From NCBI GenBank assembly GCA_046297935.1, contig JBKBHA010000004.1:297447-361446 (forward strand): 64,000 nt of DNA, given 5' to 3'. This document shows, piece by piece, positions 46,594-57,318 of this stretch (position 1 is its first letter; each line of letters starts with the position of its first letter). The notes below the pieces were generated by a model. That model made no database searches, was not told the origin of the DNA, and was given only the letters and a program-made list of their open reading frames with translations. Source of the DNA: Chitinophagaceae bacterium. Its GTDB lineage: Bacteria; Bacteroidota; Bacteroidia; Chitinophagales; Chitinophagaceae. Both the position numbers and the translations under genes were made by a program.

Positions 46594-48180
46594 TTATTGA
46601 AACAAGCGATCCGCCAGCTTTTTATCGTGGCCATACACATCGTTCCTGAATTGCAATAGTCCTTCGCTGCTTTCCCATGCAGTAAAGTAGCCAATAAATA
46701 CTGGCAGCGTTTGCGGCAGTGTTACCCAGGTTTCTTTTTTTCCGGCCATGGCCCTTTCTATATTTTCCGGCGTCCATTTTGGATTATCTCTGAGCAGGTA
46801 GTAGGCCAGCTTTCTGGCTTCCGCCAACCGGATACATCCATGGCTGAAAGCACGCTGGTCGCGACCAAAAAGCGATTTTGCCGGAGTATCGTGCAGGTAA
46901 ATATTATAATTGTTGGGGAAAAGAAATTTCACCAGACCTAATGAATTGTCGGGCCCGGGCTTTTGCCTTATACCGCCCGTATAGCGCTCCATATTATTCT
47001 TTTCAAGATAGTTGCTATTCTTTTTCAGCGCCGGTTCTATTTCATTTCGTACGATGCTTTTGGGAACATTCCAGTATGGGCTGAATACGATATATTTCAG
47101 ATCGCCCCGAAAAATGACTGTGTTGTGCGCTGTGGATCCTACCACCACATCCATCGACCAGTCGAGAGAATCGTTTCGGTAAATGAAAAGTTGATAGGCG
47201 GGGATATTGATCAACAGGTAATCTTTGGGATTTGCTGCCGGCACCCAGCGCAGACGTTCCATATTGACCAGCAACTGGCGAATTCGCTGGGCCGGGCTGA
47301 TATTGAGTTGTGCAAAAAAGCCTGCACCCATTACGCCGTCTTCACTCAATCCGTGTCGTCGTTGAAAGCGTTTGATGGCGAGTGTAAGGGTATCGTCGAT
47401 AGTAAGGCTGCTATCGACTGCAGCGAGATCACCCAGTGCCACCAGTCTTTCGCGAATCACGGGCACCAACTCACTGTTATCACCTGGTTTAAGCGATGTT
47501 TTCGGTGCCTGCAATGGTTCCCAACTGTGGTTCTTTTCCAATTCGTAGTATTCCAGCAGGTGTTTTTTTAAACGTCGGTACTGACGGTTTACCGGGTCGT
47601 ATTCGCTGAGTTTAGCGCTGCCAGACACAAAAATCGAATCCAGCAATTGGCGCAGGTCGATCTTTTTTCGTGGAATATACCAGCCCAGGTCTTTTAAATT
47701 CAGGCTTCTTTGTCCTTCATATGCTGCCTGTGCGTATCTGAAAAAGCTGCAGGTCAACAGTAATTCAGTGGATAATCGCAAACTACTGTCGATCGGTACA
47801 TCTGTGCTATCGCTTTCAAGGATGTCGCTGAGTACCTGCAGGCGCTGGTCATATATGCTGCTGTCGCGCGAGTACGAAATATATTGTTGCTGGGCCTGTA
47901 AAAAACTTAATGCGTGTTCGGTCAGGCCGGTAGTATCAAACCAGGCCATTTGATAATTGCGTTCGTTGTAGAAGCTGCGCATGGCCAGGGCAATGGAATC
48001 GCCAGGCTTCTCTTTTGCAATAAAGGCTTCCATACGGGTGCTGTCGAAAAACAGCACCGTTACGCTATTAGACAGGTTGATACTAGTGTCGCGTGTCGAT
48101 AATTCCGGTTTGGCAGCGCCATTTTTGCAGGCCACAAAACCGATCAGGGCAATGAGTAGGAAGGGTATGAATCGTAACAT
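46594..48180 (-). CDS. L,D-transpeptidase (YkuD-domain) family protein with a peptidoglycan-binding domain
   Basis: Catalytic YLHDTP...FSHGCIRL motif. PG-binding-like LAIKRFQRRHGLSEDGVMG. Signal peptide. Confidence 0.75.
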   Translation of the reverse strand: MLRFIPFLLIALIGFVACKNGAAKPELSTRDTSINLSNSVTVLFFDSTRMEAFIAKEKPGDSIALAMRSFYNERNYQMAWFDTTGLTEHALSFLQAQQQYISYSRDSSIYDQRLQVLSDILESDSTDVPIDSSLRLSTELLLTCSFFRYAQAAYEGQRSLNLKDLGWYIPRKKIDLRQLLDSIFVSGSAKLSEYDPVNRQYRRLKKHLLEYYELEKNHSWEPLQAPKTSLKPGDNSELVPVIRERLVALGDLAAVDSSLTIDDTLTLAIKRFQRRHGLSEDGVMGAGFFAQLNISPAQRIRQLLVNMERLRWVPAANPKDYLLINIPAYQLFIYRNDSLDWSMDVVVGSTAHNTVIFRGDLKYIVFSPYWNVPKSIVRNEIEPALKKNSNYLEKNNMERYTGGIRQKPGPDNSLGLVKFLFPNNYNIYLHDTPAKSLFGRDQRAFSHGCIRLAEARKLAYYLLRDNPKWTPENIERAMAGKKETWVTLPQTLPVFIGYFTAWESSEGLLQFRNDVYGHDKKLADRLFQ

Positions 48181-48381
48181 CCGGGTTCGTTTGAGGGTTT
48201 CTGATCTGTGTACAAAGTTGAGCCACTCGCCGGAATCTAACGAAAAATGCGCAAACGATCTATATTAAATTGATAATCATCAATTTGGACTGTGAGAAAC
48301 AGTTATCCACCATCGGTTTGTAATTTTTAATTTCTTATTTCTTTATTCGTAGTGGCACCCTTACCTTTGCGGCCAAAATAA

Positions 48382-49896
<1,515 letters not shown>

Positions 49897-49984
49897 TGCA
49901 CCTGACCCTGAAAGGGGTTTATTGGAGCAGGCCGTTTGAAAAATAATTTTGGTTTTAAACTAAATAATAAAGCCCCTTTAGGGT

Positions 49985-50248
49985 TTGGGTATGAATCTGG
50001 AAATACTAACACCCGAAAAAAAGCTATACAGCGGCGAAGTGTATGGAGTGCAGATGCCTGGTATTGCCGGGTCGTTTGAGGTGCTGGAGAAGCACGCGCC
50101 ACTGGTGAGCGCTTTGAAAGCCGGCCGGGTAAAAGTGTTGAAAGACAGGCAAAATCATTTTGCTTACTTCGACATTACCGGTGGATTTGTTGAAGTACTG
50201 AATAATCGAGTAACACTGCTGGCCGAAGGTGCCGTGGCAGTAGAATAA
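49985..50248 (+). CDS. atpC: F0F1 ATP synthase subunit epsilon
   Basis: Immediately downstream of atpD. N-terminal beta-sandwich pattern (LEILTPEKKLYSGEV..V.MPG..G.FEVL..HAP). 87 aa. Confidence 0.85.
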   Translation: MGMNLEILTPEKKLYSGEVYGVQMPGIAGSFEVLEKHAPLVSALKAGRVKVLKDRQNHFAYFDITGGFVEVLNNRVTLLAEGAVAVE

Positions 50249-50486
50249 TATTCCCGGACTCCGGATGGTATCGGACCCTTCACTCAAGGCTTGATTAAAC
50301 TAACCCAAGGGACCGATCAGACTGGCGAAAAACCAGCCTATCCGGATTGTGAAAACTGTTGATATGGCCCTCCTGATTTCAGGAGGGCTTTTTTTTATTG
50401 GCCATCAGGCATTTGCGAACGAATTTTTACATAGTGCGAACAATTTCAGGCATCCTGTTTGTTTGAAACTTATAAATGTCTGTACT

Positions 50487-51122
50487 ATGATAATTCAAAA
50501 TTTAATGAGGGCTACCGGGATATTGTTGCTGATACTGTTGATGGGCTGCACAAAAGATCCTGTTAAACAGCTCGATTCCGACGAATCGCCGGTTTATATT
50601 ACTAATCGTGCTAATGGCAGCGATTTTACCCAATACGCGACTTTTGCGCTGTCTGATTCAGTTGTTGTTTTACAAGACAACCAGCTGGTTGAAAAGGCAC
50701 GTACCAGTTTTGATGTGGCCATGATTGATGCCATTGCTGCTGAAATGCAGGCGCGCGGATATACTCGCGTGTCGCATGAAGCCGATCCCGATCTTGGTTT
50801 AACGGTAAGTCGTATATACAATAACTACACAGGCATCGTGGATTACTATGACTACTGGGGTTACTATGGCGGCTATTGGGATCCATATTACTGGGGATAT
50901 CCCGGCTATGCTTACGGCTTCCCCGGATTCTATGGCACATATACCATCACAGACGGCGGTGTTACCGTTGATATGATCGATTTAAAAAATGCCGACAGCA
51001 ACTCGCAGTTAAAACTGATCTGGAACGGACTTGTGCGCGGTACCGGCACTTTTTCGCCCAGCCGTGCTGAAACACATGCCAGGGCGCTGTTTGCTCAGTC
51101 AACTTATATTCAAACACCCTAA
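50487..51122 (+). CDS. Gly/Tyr-rich lipoprotein (DUF4136-like). Start at the internal ATG before the lipobox.
   Basis: LLLILLMGC lipobox. GYYGGYWDPYYWGYPGYAYGFPGFYG low-complexity tract. Confidence 0.45.
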   Translation: MIIQNLMRATGILLLILLMGCTKDPVKQLDSDESPVYITNRANGSDFTQYATFALSDSVVVLQDNQLVEKARTSFDVAMIDAIAAEMQARGYTRVSHEADPDLGLTVSRIYNNYTGIVDYYDYWGYYGGYWDPYYWGYPGYAYGFPGFYGTYTITDGGVTVDMIDLKNADSNSQLKLIWNGLVRGTGTFSPSRAETHARALFAQSTYIQTP

Positions 51123-51132
51123 AGATGAAACT

Positions 51133-51750
51133 ATGCAGATAAAGAAAATAACAATGGCTTTTACGGCAACAATGATAGCAATGCTGGGATATTCGCAGCA
51201 GGGAGAGTTTCGAATGACCGCCAGTCTGCATGCTGCAGCACCTCTCGGCGGATTAAAGGAGCTGGCAAATAATCCCAGTATGCGAAGTGCCAACATAAGC
51301 GTGTTGTACGGAATAAATAACAATATGTCGGTGGGATTGCAGGGGACCTATACCGATTTTTATGAAAAATTTCCCAGGGCGGTTTATCAGGCTTCCGATG
51401 GAAGTGATGTTTCAGCCGTCATCAGCAATTCTGTTCAGCAGATTCCGATCATGGCCTCGTTTCGTTACAGTTTAACGCCGCAGGCAAGGCTGCAACCTTA
51501 TGCAGGCTTGTCCGCTGGTGGAAATATCATCATGTATAAACAGTATGTGGGCGAATATCCCAGTTCCGACAGCAAAGTTGGTTTAGCAGTGCGACCCGAA
51601 ATCGGCGCTTATTGGCCCTTTCGAAGAGATGCCGAGGCCGGCATCAGTCTGGGTGTACATTATACTTATGCACCCTATAAAGAATTTGGAATCGATAATC
51701 TGAACTATATGGGGGTGAAGCTGGGTATCAGTTTCCCCATGCGGGATTAA
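51133..51750 (+). CDS. Small outer-membrane beta-barrel protein (OmpW/OmpA-like barrel). Start at the internal ATG.
   Basis: Signal peptide MAFTATMIAMLGYSQQ. Beta-strand periodicity. ~205 aa. Confidence 0.45.
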   Translation: MQIKKITMAFTATMIAMLGYSQQGEFRMTASLHAAAPLGGLKELANNPSMRSANISVLYGINNNMSVGLQGTYTDFYEKFPRAVYQASDGSDVSAVISNSVQQIPIMASFRYSLTPQARLQPYAGLSAGGNIIMYKQYVGEYPSSDSKVGLAVRPEIGAYWPFRRDAEAGISLGVHYTYAPYKEFGIDNLNYMGVKLGISFPMRD

Positions 51751-51841
51751 ACACAAAGCCGGGCTTGCTCCCGTCTTTGTTGTGGCAGGGTTGGATACAA
51801 AAGGGGCACTCTCGAACCAGCTTAATACCTACCCCCCAGAT

Positions 51842-51880
51842 AAAGAAAGCCGGGCTTCAGCCCGGCTTTCTTTATTTTTT
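51842..51880. terminator. Bidirectional rho-independent terminator AAAGAAAGCCGGGC-TTCA-GCCCGGCTTTCTTT + T-run, between convergent genes
   Basis: Perfect 14-bp stem seen in the sequence, with flanking A/T runs. Confidence 0.6.
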
Positions 51881-52585
51881 CAGTTGCTGATCAGCATAAC
51901 CAAAAACCTTTTTCATCAGGTCAGTCTTACGGAATTCGATCTTGGTGCGAATATTTTCTTCTTCCTCTGCCACTTTCATAAACATACCATCGATTGCGCG
52001 GGCGGCAATAAAATCGGTCAGTGAATTTTCGAGTGGTTTATTGATCAGAGGTATCTTGTTGTAAATGTTCGCCAGTTTGCTCCATTCCTGGTTGGCACCA
52101 TTCAGGTTGGCCGTGCTGTCTACAATCGGCCGGAAAGCGGTCATTAACTCGGGACTCATAGCGGTTTTGAAATAGTCGGTGGCCGCATGGGTGTTTTCGG
52201 TAATCAGCAAACTGGTTACATCCCGAAACGACATATTTTTTACCGAGTTCAAAAAAATGGGCTTGGCTGCTATCACCGCTTGCGACATGGCATTAGTGAA
52301 TTTGGAAGTAACCTGGTTTACCAGGCTCGTCATGCCCAGATCTTTAAGCGTCTTTTCAATTTTTGCCGCATCTCCCGGAAAAGCAAATTTCAGCAGAGGA
52401 TTTCCGTTATTGGGGTCAGCAAATGCATCAAATCCGCGAAATAATCCCTGCGTCAATGCCTCCCGCAATCCACTGGCCATTTCAAATTCGGAAGGTGCCA
52501 GTAATGCTGAAAGCTTGTTCAATTCATTGCACGAAGAAAAAAGCATGGTGCCGGCCAGGCACACAGACAAAAGGACACGTTTCAT
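51872..52585 (-). CDS. DUF4197-like secreted/lipoprotein
   Basis: Signal peptide and lipobox-like FSSC. Helical repeat body. Family assignment from memory. Confidence 0.45.
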   Translation of the reverse strand: MKRVLLSVCLAGTMLFSSCNELNKLSALLAPSEFEMASGLREALTQGLFRGFDAFADPNNGNPLLKFAFPGDAAKIEKTLKDLGMTSLVNQVTSKFTNAMSQAVIAAKPIFLNSVKNMSFRDVTSLLITENTHAATDYFKTAMSPELMTAFRPIVDSTANLNGANQEWSKLANIYNKIPLINKPLENSLTDFIAARAIDGMFMKVAEEEENIRTKIEFRKTDLMKKVFGYADQQLKK

Positions 52586-52632
52586 ATCATAGAAAGTTTG
52601 TGAACGAAGATAATTAACCAGGAGGCGATTTA

Positions 52633-53184
52633 TTAATTCAATTGAGGATCGATCGGGTAGTTAATCATCATTTCATAGTCACCACCCAGGTGTTTCAAAG
52701 CATCTTTCCAGAGTTCGGCAACATTGCCGTGAAAAATCAGCTGACGACGTGCTTCCACCGTAAGCCAGGACTTTTCGTTGATTTCGGCAGCCAGTTGACC
52801 ATCACCCCAACCGGAATAGCCGATGAAGAAGCGGATCCTGTTTTGGTCCAGTTCGCCGGCCTTCAGCAAGGCCAGTACCGTTTCAAAAGTGCCACCCCAG
52901 TAAACGCCATTTATTACTTCCTGACTCCCTGGAATTTTTTCAGGGTATTGATGAAGAAAATGAAGAGTATCCTGCTGAACCGGTCCGCCATAGAAAACGG
53001 GCAAATTGAACCCGGCGGCTTCGGGCACCAGTTCTTCCAGTGTATGCGTATAGGGGCGGTTGAGTACAAATCCAAAGCTGCCATCTTCGCGGTGATCGCA
53101 CAGAAATACCACACTACGAAGAAAGTTCGGATCCTTCAGAAACGGATCTGCTATCAGTAATACGCCGGCTGCTGGGTCAATCAT
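52633..53184 (-). CDS. YqgE/AlgH family protein (UPF0301)
   Basis: GVLLIADPFLKDPNF..SVVFLCDH..GSFGFVLNRP is characteristic of the family. Confidence 0.8.
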   Translation of the reverse strand: MIDPAAGVLLIADPFLKDPNFLRSVVFLCDHREDGSFGFVLNRPYTHTLEELVPEAAGFNLPVFYGGPVQQDTLHFLHQYPEKIPGSQEVINGVYWGGTFETVLALLKAGELDQNRIRFFIGYSGWGDGQLAAEINEKSWLTVEARRQLIFHGNVAELWKDALKHLGGDYEMMINYPIDPQLN

Positions 53185-53377
53185 AGTTCAATTTAATATT
53201 TTTTTCCACTGAAAAAATCAATTGCTTCAAAAGCAGGTCGGAACACCTAAAAGCGCGTTAAAATCGCCCAAGTCACACGGCCAAATCTCCTGAAAAAAGC
53301 ACTGGCATAGTATTTTTGTCGGATGCCCGTAATAGGATAAAACCTGTTATCTTTCCAACTCTTAACCCAGATTCGGC

Positions 53378-54733
53378 GTGAAGAAGACATTTTCGATTAT
53401 TACTGTTCTCATCACCATTTCGTTGATTGGCATCATCATGATCCAGTTGTCGTGGTTGCGCAACATGATCCTGTTGACTGAGGAACAGATCAAGGGTAAT
53501 GTGGACAAAGCGATCATCAGCGTGGGAGAGGAGCTGTTGCAATACAAGAGTAATTACAATGTCAACACGCGGCGGCTCGACTCCGAAGCGTTGCTTCCCG
53601 ACGATTTTTCGCTGGAGTTTGTACAACCTATCACCCTTGGCAAACGCTTCAGCGGTGCCGAGCTATACGAGAAAATACGAATTGCCTTCGGTGCTGTAGG
53701 CCTCGATGATGTACGGTTTGAATTTGCACTTACCACCATCAATCCCAGAACCGGCGGACGCGATGTGATTGAGCGTAAATCGCCCGGCTTTCTGGAGGAA
53801 TACGACGATACGGTGAGCAACTATATGCGGGCATTTCCGCTAAGACCTCTTGGTGGATCTGCCGCTGAAAACCTGGCACCCGACGAAAATCTTGTGGTGG
53901 TAGCATTGGATGTAAAGAAGTCGGCAGTTGCCTCGCTTCGCTGGCGAATTGCCATTGCTATTTTATTTTCAATCATAATCGTGGCGGCCTTTTACTTGAC
54001 GGTACGCACTATGCTGCGGCAGAAAAAACTGGGTGAAATTAAAAATGATTTCATCAACAACATGACACATGAGTTTAAAACACCTATCGCCACTATTTCA
54101 CTGGCAGTAGACGCCATGCGCAATGAGAAAGTGCTGCAGGATCGCGATAAGATTTCCTATTTCAGTTCCATCATCAAAGAAGAAAATCAGCGAATGAACC
54201 GCCAGGTGGAGACAATTCTGAAAGCTTCGCAGCTGGAACGACAGGAAGTGAATCTGAACCTTCAGCCGCTGCACCTTCACAATATTATTGAAGATGTGGT
54301 CGAAAACTTTCAATTGCAGTTGGAGGAAAAAGGAGGTCATGCCGACATGAAACTGGAAGCCAGCAACGATCTGGTTAGTGCCGACGAAGTACATATGTCG
54401 AACCTCGTCAACAATTTGATCGATAACGCCGTCAAATATTCAAAGGAAAATGTGCCCATTGAGATCAGCATTTCTACCAGCAGCGATAGTCGTTCGTTTT
54501 ATCTGCGTGTAGAGGACAATGGAATAGGTATGAGTAAGGAAACCTTGAAGCGCGTTTTTGAACGTTTCTATCGGGCCCATACCGGCAATTTGCACAATGT
54601 GAAGGGCTTTGGCTTGGGGCTGAGTTATGTCAAAACAATCGTTCAGGCTCATGGTGGCGATGTGCGGGTAGATAGTACGCTGGGGAAGGGGAGTGTGTTT
54701 ACGTTGGAGATGCCGTTGCGGAGGGAGGGGTGA
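53378..54733 (+). CDS. Two-component sensor histidine kinase (membrane-anchored, orphan)
   Basis: H-box HEFKTPIATI. N/G1/G2 boxes (NLIDNAVKYS, DNGIGM, GFGLGLSYV). Two TM segments. Confidence 0.8.
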   Translation: MKKTFSIITVLITISLIGIIMIQLSWLRNMILLTEEQIKGNVDKAIISVGEELLQYKSNYNVNTRRLDSEALLPDDFSLEFVQPITLGKRFSGAELYEKIRIAFGAVGLDDVRFEFALTTINPRTGGRDVIERKSPGFLEEYDDTVSNYMRAFPLRPLGGSAAENLAPDENLVVVALDVKKSAVASLRWRIAIAILFSIIIVAAFYLTVRTMLRQKKLGEIKNDFINNMTHEFKTPIATISLAVDAMRNEKVLQDRDKISYFSSIIKEENQRMNRQVETILKASQLERQEVNLNLQPLHLHNIIEDVVENFQLQLEEKGGHADMKLEASNDLVSADEVHMSNLVNNLIDNAVKYSKENVPIEISISTSSDSRSFYLRVEDNGIGMSKETLKRVFERFYRAHTGNLHNVKGFGLGLSYVKTIVQAHGGDVRVDSTLGKGSVFTLEMPLRREG

Positions 54734-55322
54734 GAGGTGAAAGGTGAAAGGTGAGAGGTGAGAGGTGCGAGGTGAAAGGTGAAAGGTGAGAGGTGAGAGG
54801 TGAGACGTGAGAGGTGAAAGGTGAGAGGTGAGAGGTGAAAGGTGCGAGGTGAAAGGTGAGAGGTGAGAGGTGAGACGTGAGAGGTGAGAGGTGAAACGTG
54901 AAACGGATTCCTTTTCGGAAACAGGTCATAAAATATCTGCGCAATCTGCGTATCAATCTGTGTCATCTGCGGGAACAGAAATTTCTTTCCTGTCAGTATT
55001 TTGCCAGCGGGGGCAACAGTCCTGTTCCCGCAGATTTTCGCAGATTTTTTCTCGCAGATTTCGCAGAATTAGATCCATGCTTCACAGATTTCATCTGCCT
55101 ACATTCTGCATCGGCAGACAAGCTTCTCACCTTTCACGGCTCACGTTTCACGTCTCACCTCTCACCTCTCACCTCTCACCTCTCACCTTTCACCTCTCAC
55201 CTTTCACCTTTCACCTTTCACGTCTCACGTTTCACGTCTCACCTTTCACCTCTCACGTCTCACCTCTCACCTCTCACCTTTCACGTCTCACCTCTCACCT
55301 CTCACCTTTCACCTCTCACCTG
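54729..55322. repeat. Large composite palindromic repeat element, copy 2. (GTGARAG)x~25 left arm, ~220-bp core with 4x ATCTGCG, GGGAACAG...CTGTTCCC, 4x CGCAGAT, and (CTYTCAC)x~27 right arm, which is the reverse complement of the left arm.
   Basis: Read directly from the sequence. It fills the whole gap between the stop codons of the convergent HK and queA genes. Confidence 0.7.
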
Positions 55323-56536
55323 AGCACCAACATCCCATCCCCATAACTCAGAAACCGGAATTGTCGGCGAATGGCTTCTGCATACAGTTCCTTCCACGCA
55401 TCGCCGATCAGTGCTGCTACCAACAACAACAGTGTAGACGATGGCTGATGAAAATTGGTGACCAGCCCATCAATCATTTTAAACTGATAGCCTGGCGCAA
55501 TCAGAATTCTTGTTTTGGTTATCAGCTTTTGCTGTTGCTGCTGATCCATCCAGCTCAATAATCCCTGCAACGCTTCTTTTTTGCTGAAATGTGTTGGCAG
55601 TTCGTCGTACACCTCCCATTGACCCAATTCCGTTCCCGGCCGTAATGTTCCTGTGAGCGCCTTTACACCCAACCAGTAAACGCTTTCAATCGTGCGCAAC
55701 GAAGTAGTGCCTACCACAATTAATTTGTTTGCTTCACGGTCCAGCAATAGTTGCAGCAGTGAACGCTGCACTTCTATAAATTCAGCATGCATATCATGCC
55801 CTTCCATTTTTTCCGATTTCACAGGTTGGAAAGTGCCCGCACCTACATGCAATGTTGTGTAAGCTGTAATGCATCCCTTTATGCGCAGCGAATCCAGCAC
55901 CTCAGAAGTGAAATGCAGACCTGCAGTGGGCGCCGCCACCGATCCCTCTGCTCTGGCGTAGACAGTTTGGTAGCGCTCGCTGTCGGCCGTCTCTGGTTTA
56001 CGCCGAATATAGGGCGGCAACGGAATCTGCCCGGCCAGGTGAAGTACTTCCGCAAAGCTCAGTGATGGCTGGTCCCAGCTAAAGTTGACCAGAAATGCAC
56101 CTTCGTCCCGTCCTGCAAGACTTGCTTCCAGTGTAAACCCATGATCGGGTAGTCCCGCTTCGAGTCGCAGAACAAGCCCTTTTTTCCATTTTGATACACC
56201 CCCCACCATGCAGCGCCATTGAACCGATCCTTTTTCCTGCATGGCCGTTGGTATGTCAGGATAACGAGCAGGAGGTTCCAGGCAGAAGACTTCAATTTCG
56301 CCGCCCGAATCTTTCACAAATCGCAACCGGGCTTCCACCACTCTGGTGTCGTTAAATACAACAGTGCTGTTTTCCGGCAAATAATCCGCAATGTTCCGGT
56401 AAATGTCTTCTGCAATAATTTTCCCCTCGTAAACGAGCAATTTCGACTGATCTCGCTGTGGTAGCGGAAACCAGGCAATGTTTTCATCGGGCAAATGATA
56501 TTCAAAGTCAGTTATTGATAATTCGCGGGGGTGCAT
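55316..56536 (-). CDS. queA: S-adenosylmethionine:tRNA ribosyltransferase-isomerase. Start trimmed to MHPRELS.
   Basis: LSITDFEYHLPDENIA start, typical QueA. ~406 aa. Confidence 0.85.
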   Translation of the reverse strand: MHPRELSITDFEYHLPDENIAWFPLPQRDQSKLLVYEGKIIAEDIYRNIADYLPENSTVVFNDTRVVEARLRFVKDSGGEIEVFCLEPPARYPDIPTAMQEKGSVQWRCMVGGVSKWKKGLVLRLEAGLPDHGFTLEASLAGRDEGAFLVNFSWDQPSLSFAEVLHLAGQIPLPPYIRRKPETADSERYQTVYARAEGSVAAPTAGLHFTSEVLDSLRIKGCITAYTTLHVGAGTFQPVKSEKMEGHDMHAEFIEVQRSLLQLLLDREANKLIVVGTTSLRTIESVYWLGVKALTGTLRPGTELGQWEVYDELPTHFSKKEALQGLLSWMDQQQQQKLITKTRILIAPGYQFKMIDGLVTNFHQPSSTLLLLVAALIGDAWKELYAEAIRRQFRFLSYGDGMLVLR

Positions 56537-56643
56537 AGTGAATTCAGAAGTACATTTTCCAGCGCCTTCTGTGGCGCAAAGCACGCAAGTTAAAGATTAA
56601 GGCCCAGTCCGTCCGGAGCCTTGAATCAGCACGATTTTTGAGG

Positions 56644-56674
56644 TTATCCACGGCTTATCCACTGCAATCCACAG
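56644..56674 (+). promoter_or_regulatory. Cluster of three direct DnaA-box-like 9-mers (TTATCCACG, TTATCCACT, AATCCACAG) at 11-bp spacing, between queA and mraZ
   Basis: Matches to the TTATCCACA consensus (8/9, 8/9 and 7/9), seen directly. Confidence 0.4.
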
Positions 56675-56853
56675 CTAATACAGTGATTCTAAAAATAACA
56701 CCGGCCAATTTTGCCTGAAAGCCGCTACCATGGCGGATTTTCTGTCCGTCAAGTGCTGTGGAAAAAATAAAAACTCAAAAATTTGGAAGCGTAGTGGTAA
56801 AAAGTGTTATTTTGTGTCAATTAAGAACGAATTGATTCAATTCCCTGATACTG

Positions 56854-57318
56854 ATGGACTTTCTCGGCGAATTCGAGGCAACTTTGGACGCAAAGGGTCG
56901 CTTTCTACTGCCGGTGGGCTTCAAAAAGCAGCTACCGGAAGGAGACAGTCTTCGCTTTGTTATTAACAGGGGATTTGAAAAATGTTTGAGTCTGTACCCT
57001 GTGAAAAACTGGGAACCCCTGTTTGAGAAGATCAAGGCCCTCAACGACTTTGATCCGTCGGCCCGGGAGTTTAGAAGAAGGTTCCTGAATGGCGCCACTT
57101 ATGTGGAGCCCGATACCGCCGGAAGGCTCCTGGTACCACCGAACCTGAAGGAGCATGCGGACTTGCAGAAGGATATTGTGCTGGTGGCGGTGGGAGAAAA
57201 ATTAGAAATCTGGGATAGTAATAAGTACAAAGAGCTCTTTGATTCATTCGCTCCGGAAGCATTCAGCGCATTGGCCGACAAGGTCATGAACAGAAATCCG
57301 GGAACGGGAACATTATGA
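56854..57318 (+). CDS. mraZ: Division/cell-wall cluster transcriptional regulator MraZ
   Basis: Duplicated MraZ half-domains (DAKGRFLLP.. / ..AGRLLVPP). 154 aa. First gene of the dcw cluster. Confidence 0.85.
   Translation: MDFLGEFEATLDAKGRFLLPVGFKKQLPEGDSLRFVINRGFEKCLSLYPVKNWEPLFEKIKALNDFDPSAREFRRRFLNGATYVEPDTAGRLLVPPNLKEHADLQKDIVLVAVGEKLEIWDSNKYKELFDSFAPEAFSALADKVMNRNPGTGTL

Noticed and set aside
54729-55322. Possible CRISPR array
   Set aside because: The unit is 7 nt with no spacers. The two arms are reverse complements of each other. No cas genes are nearby.
54649-55346. ORFs 54649-54966 (-), 54699-54956 (-), 54891-55346 (+) and 54898-55323 (+), which encode HLSPLTS/FTFHLSP peptide repeats
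   Set aside because: They are translation artefacts of the stop-free strand of the heptamer microsatellite arms: the 7-nt unit repeats in frame every 21 nt. There is no start context and they are entirely repeat-derived.
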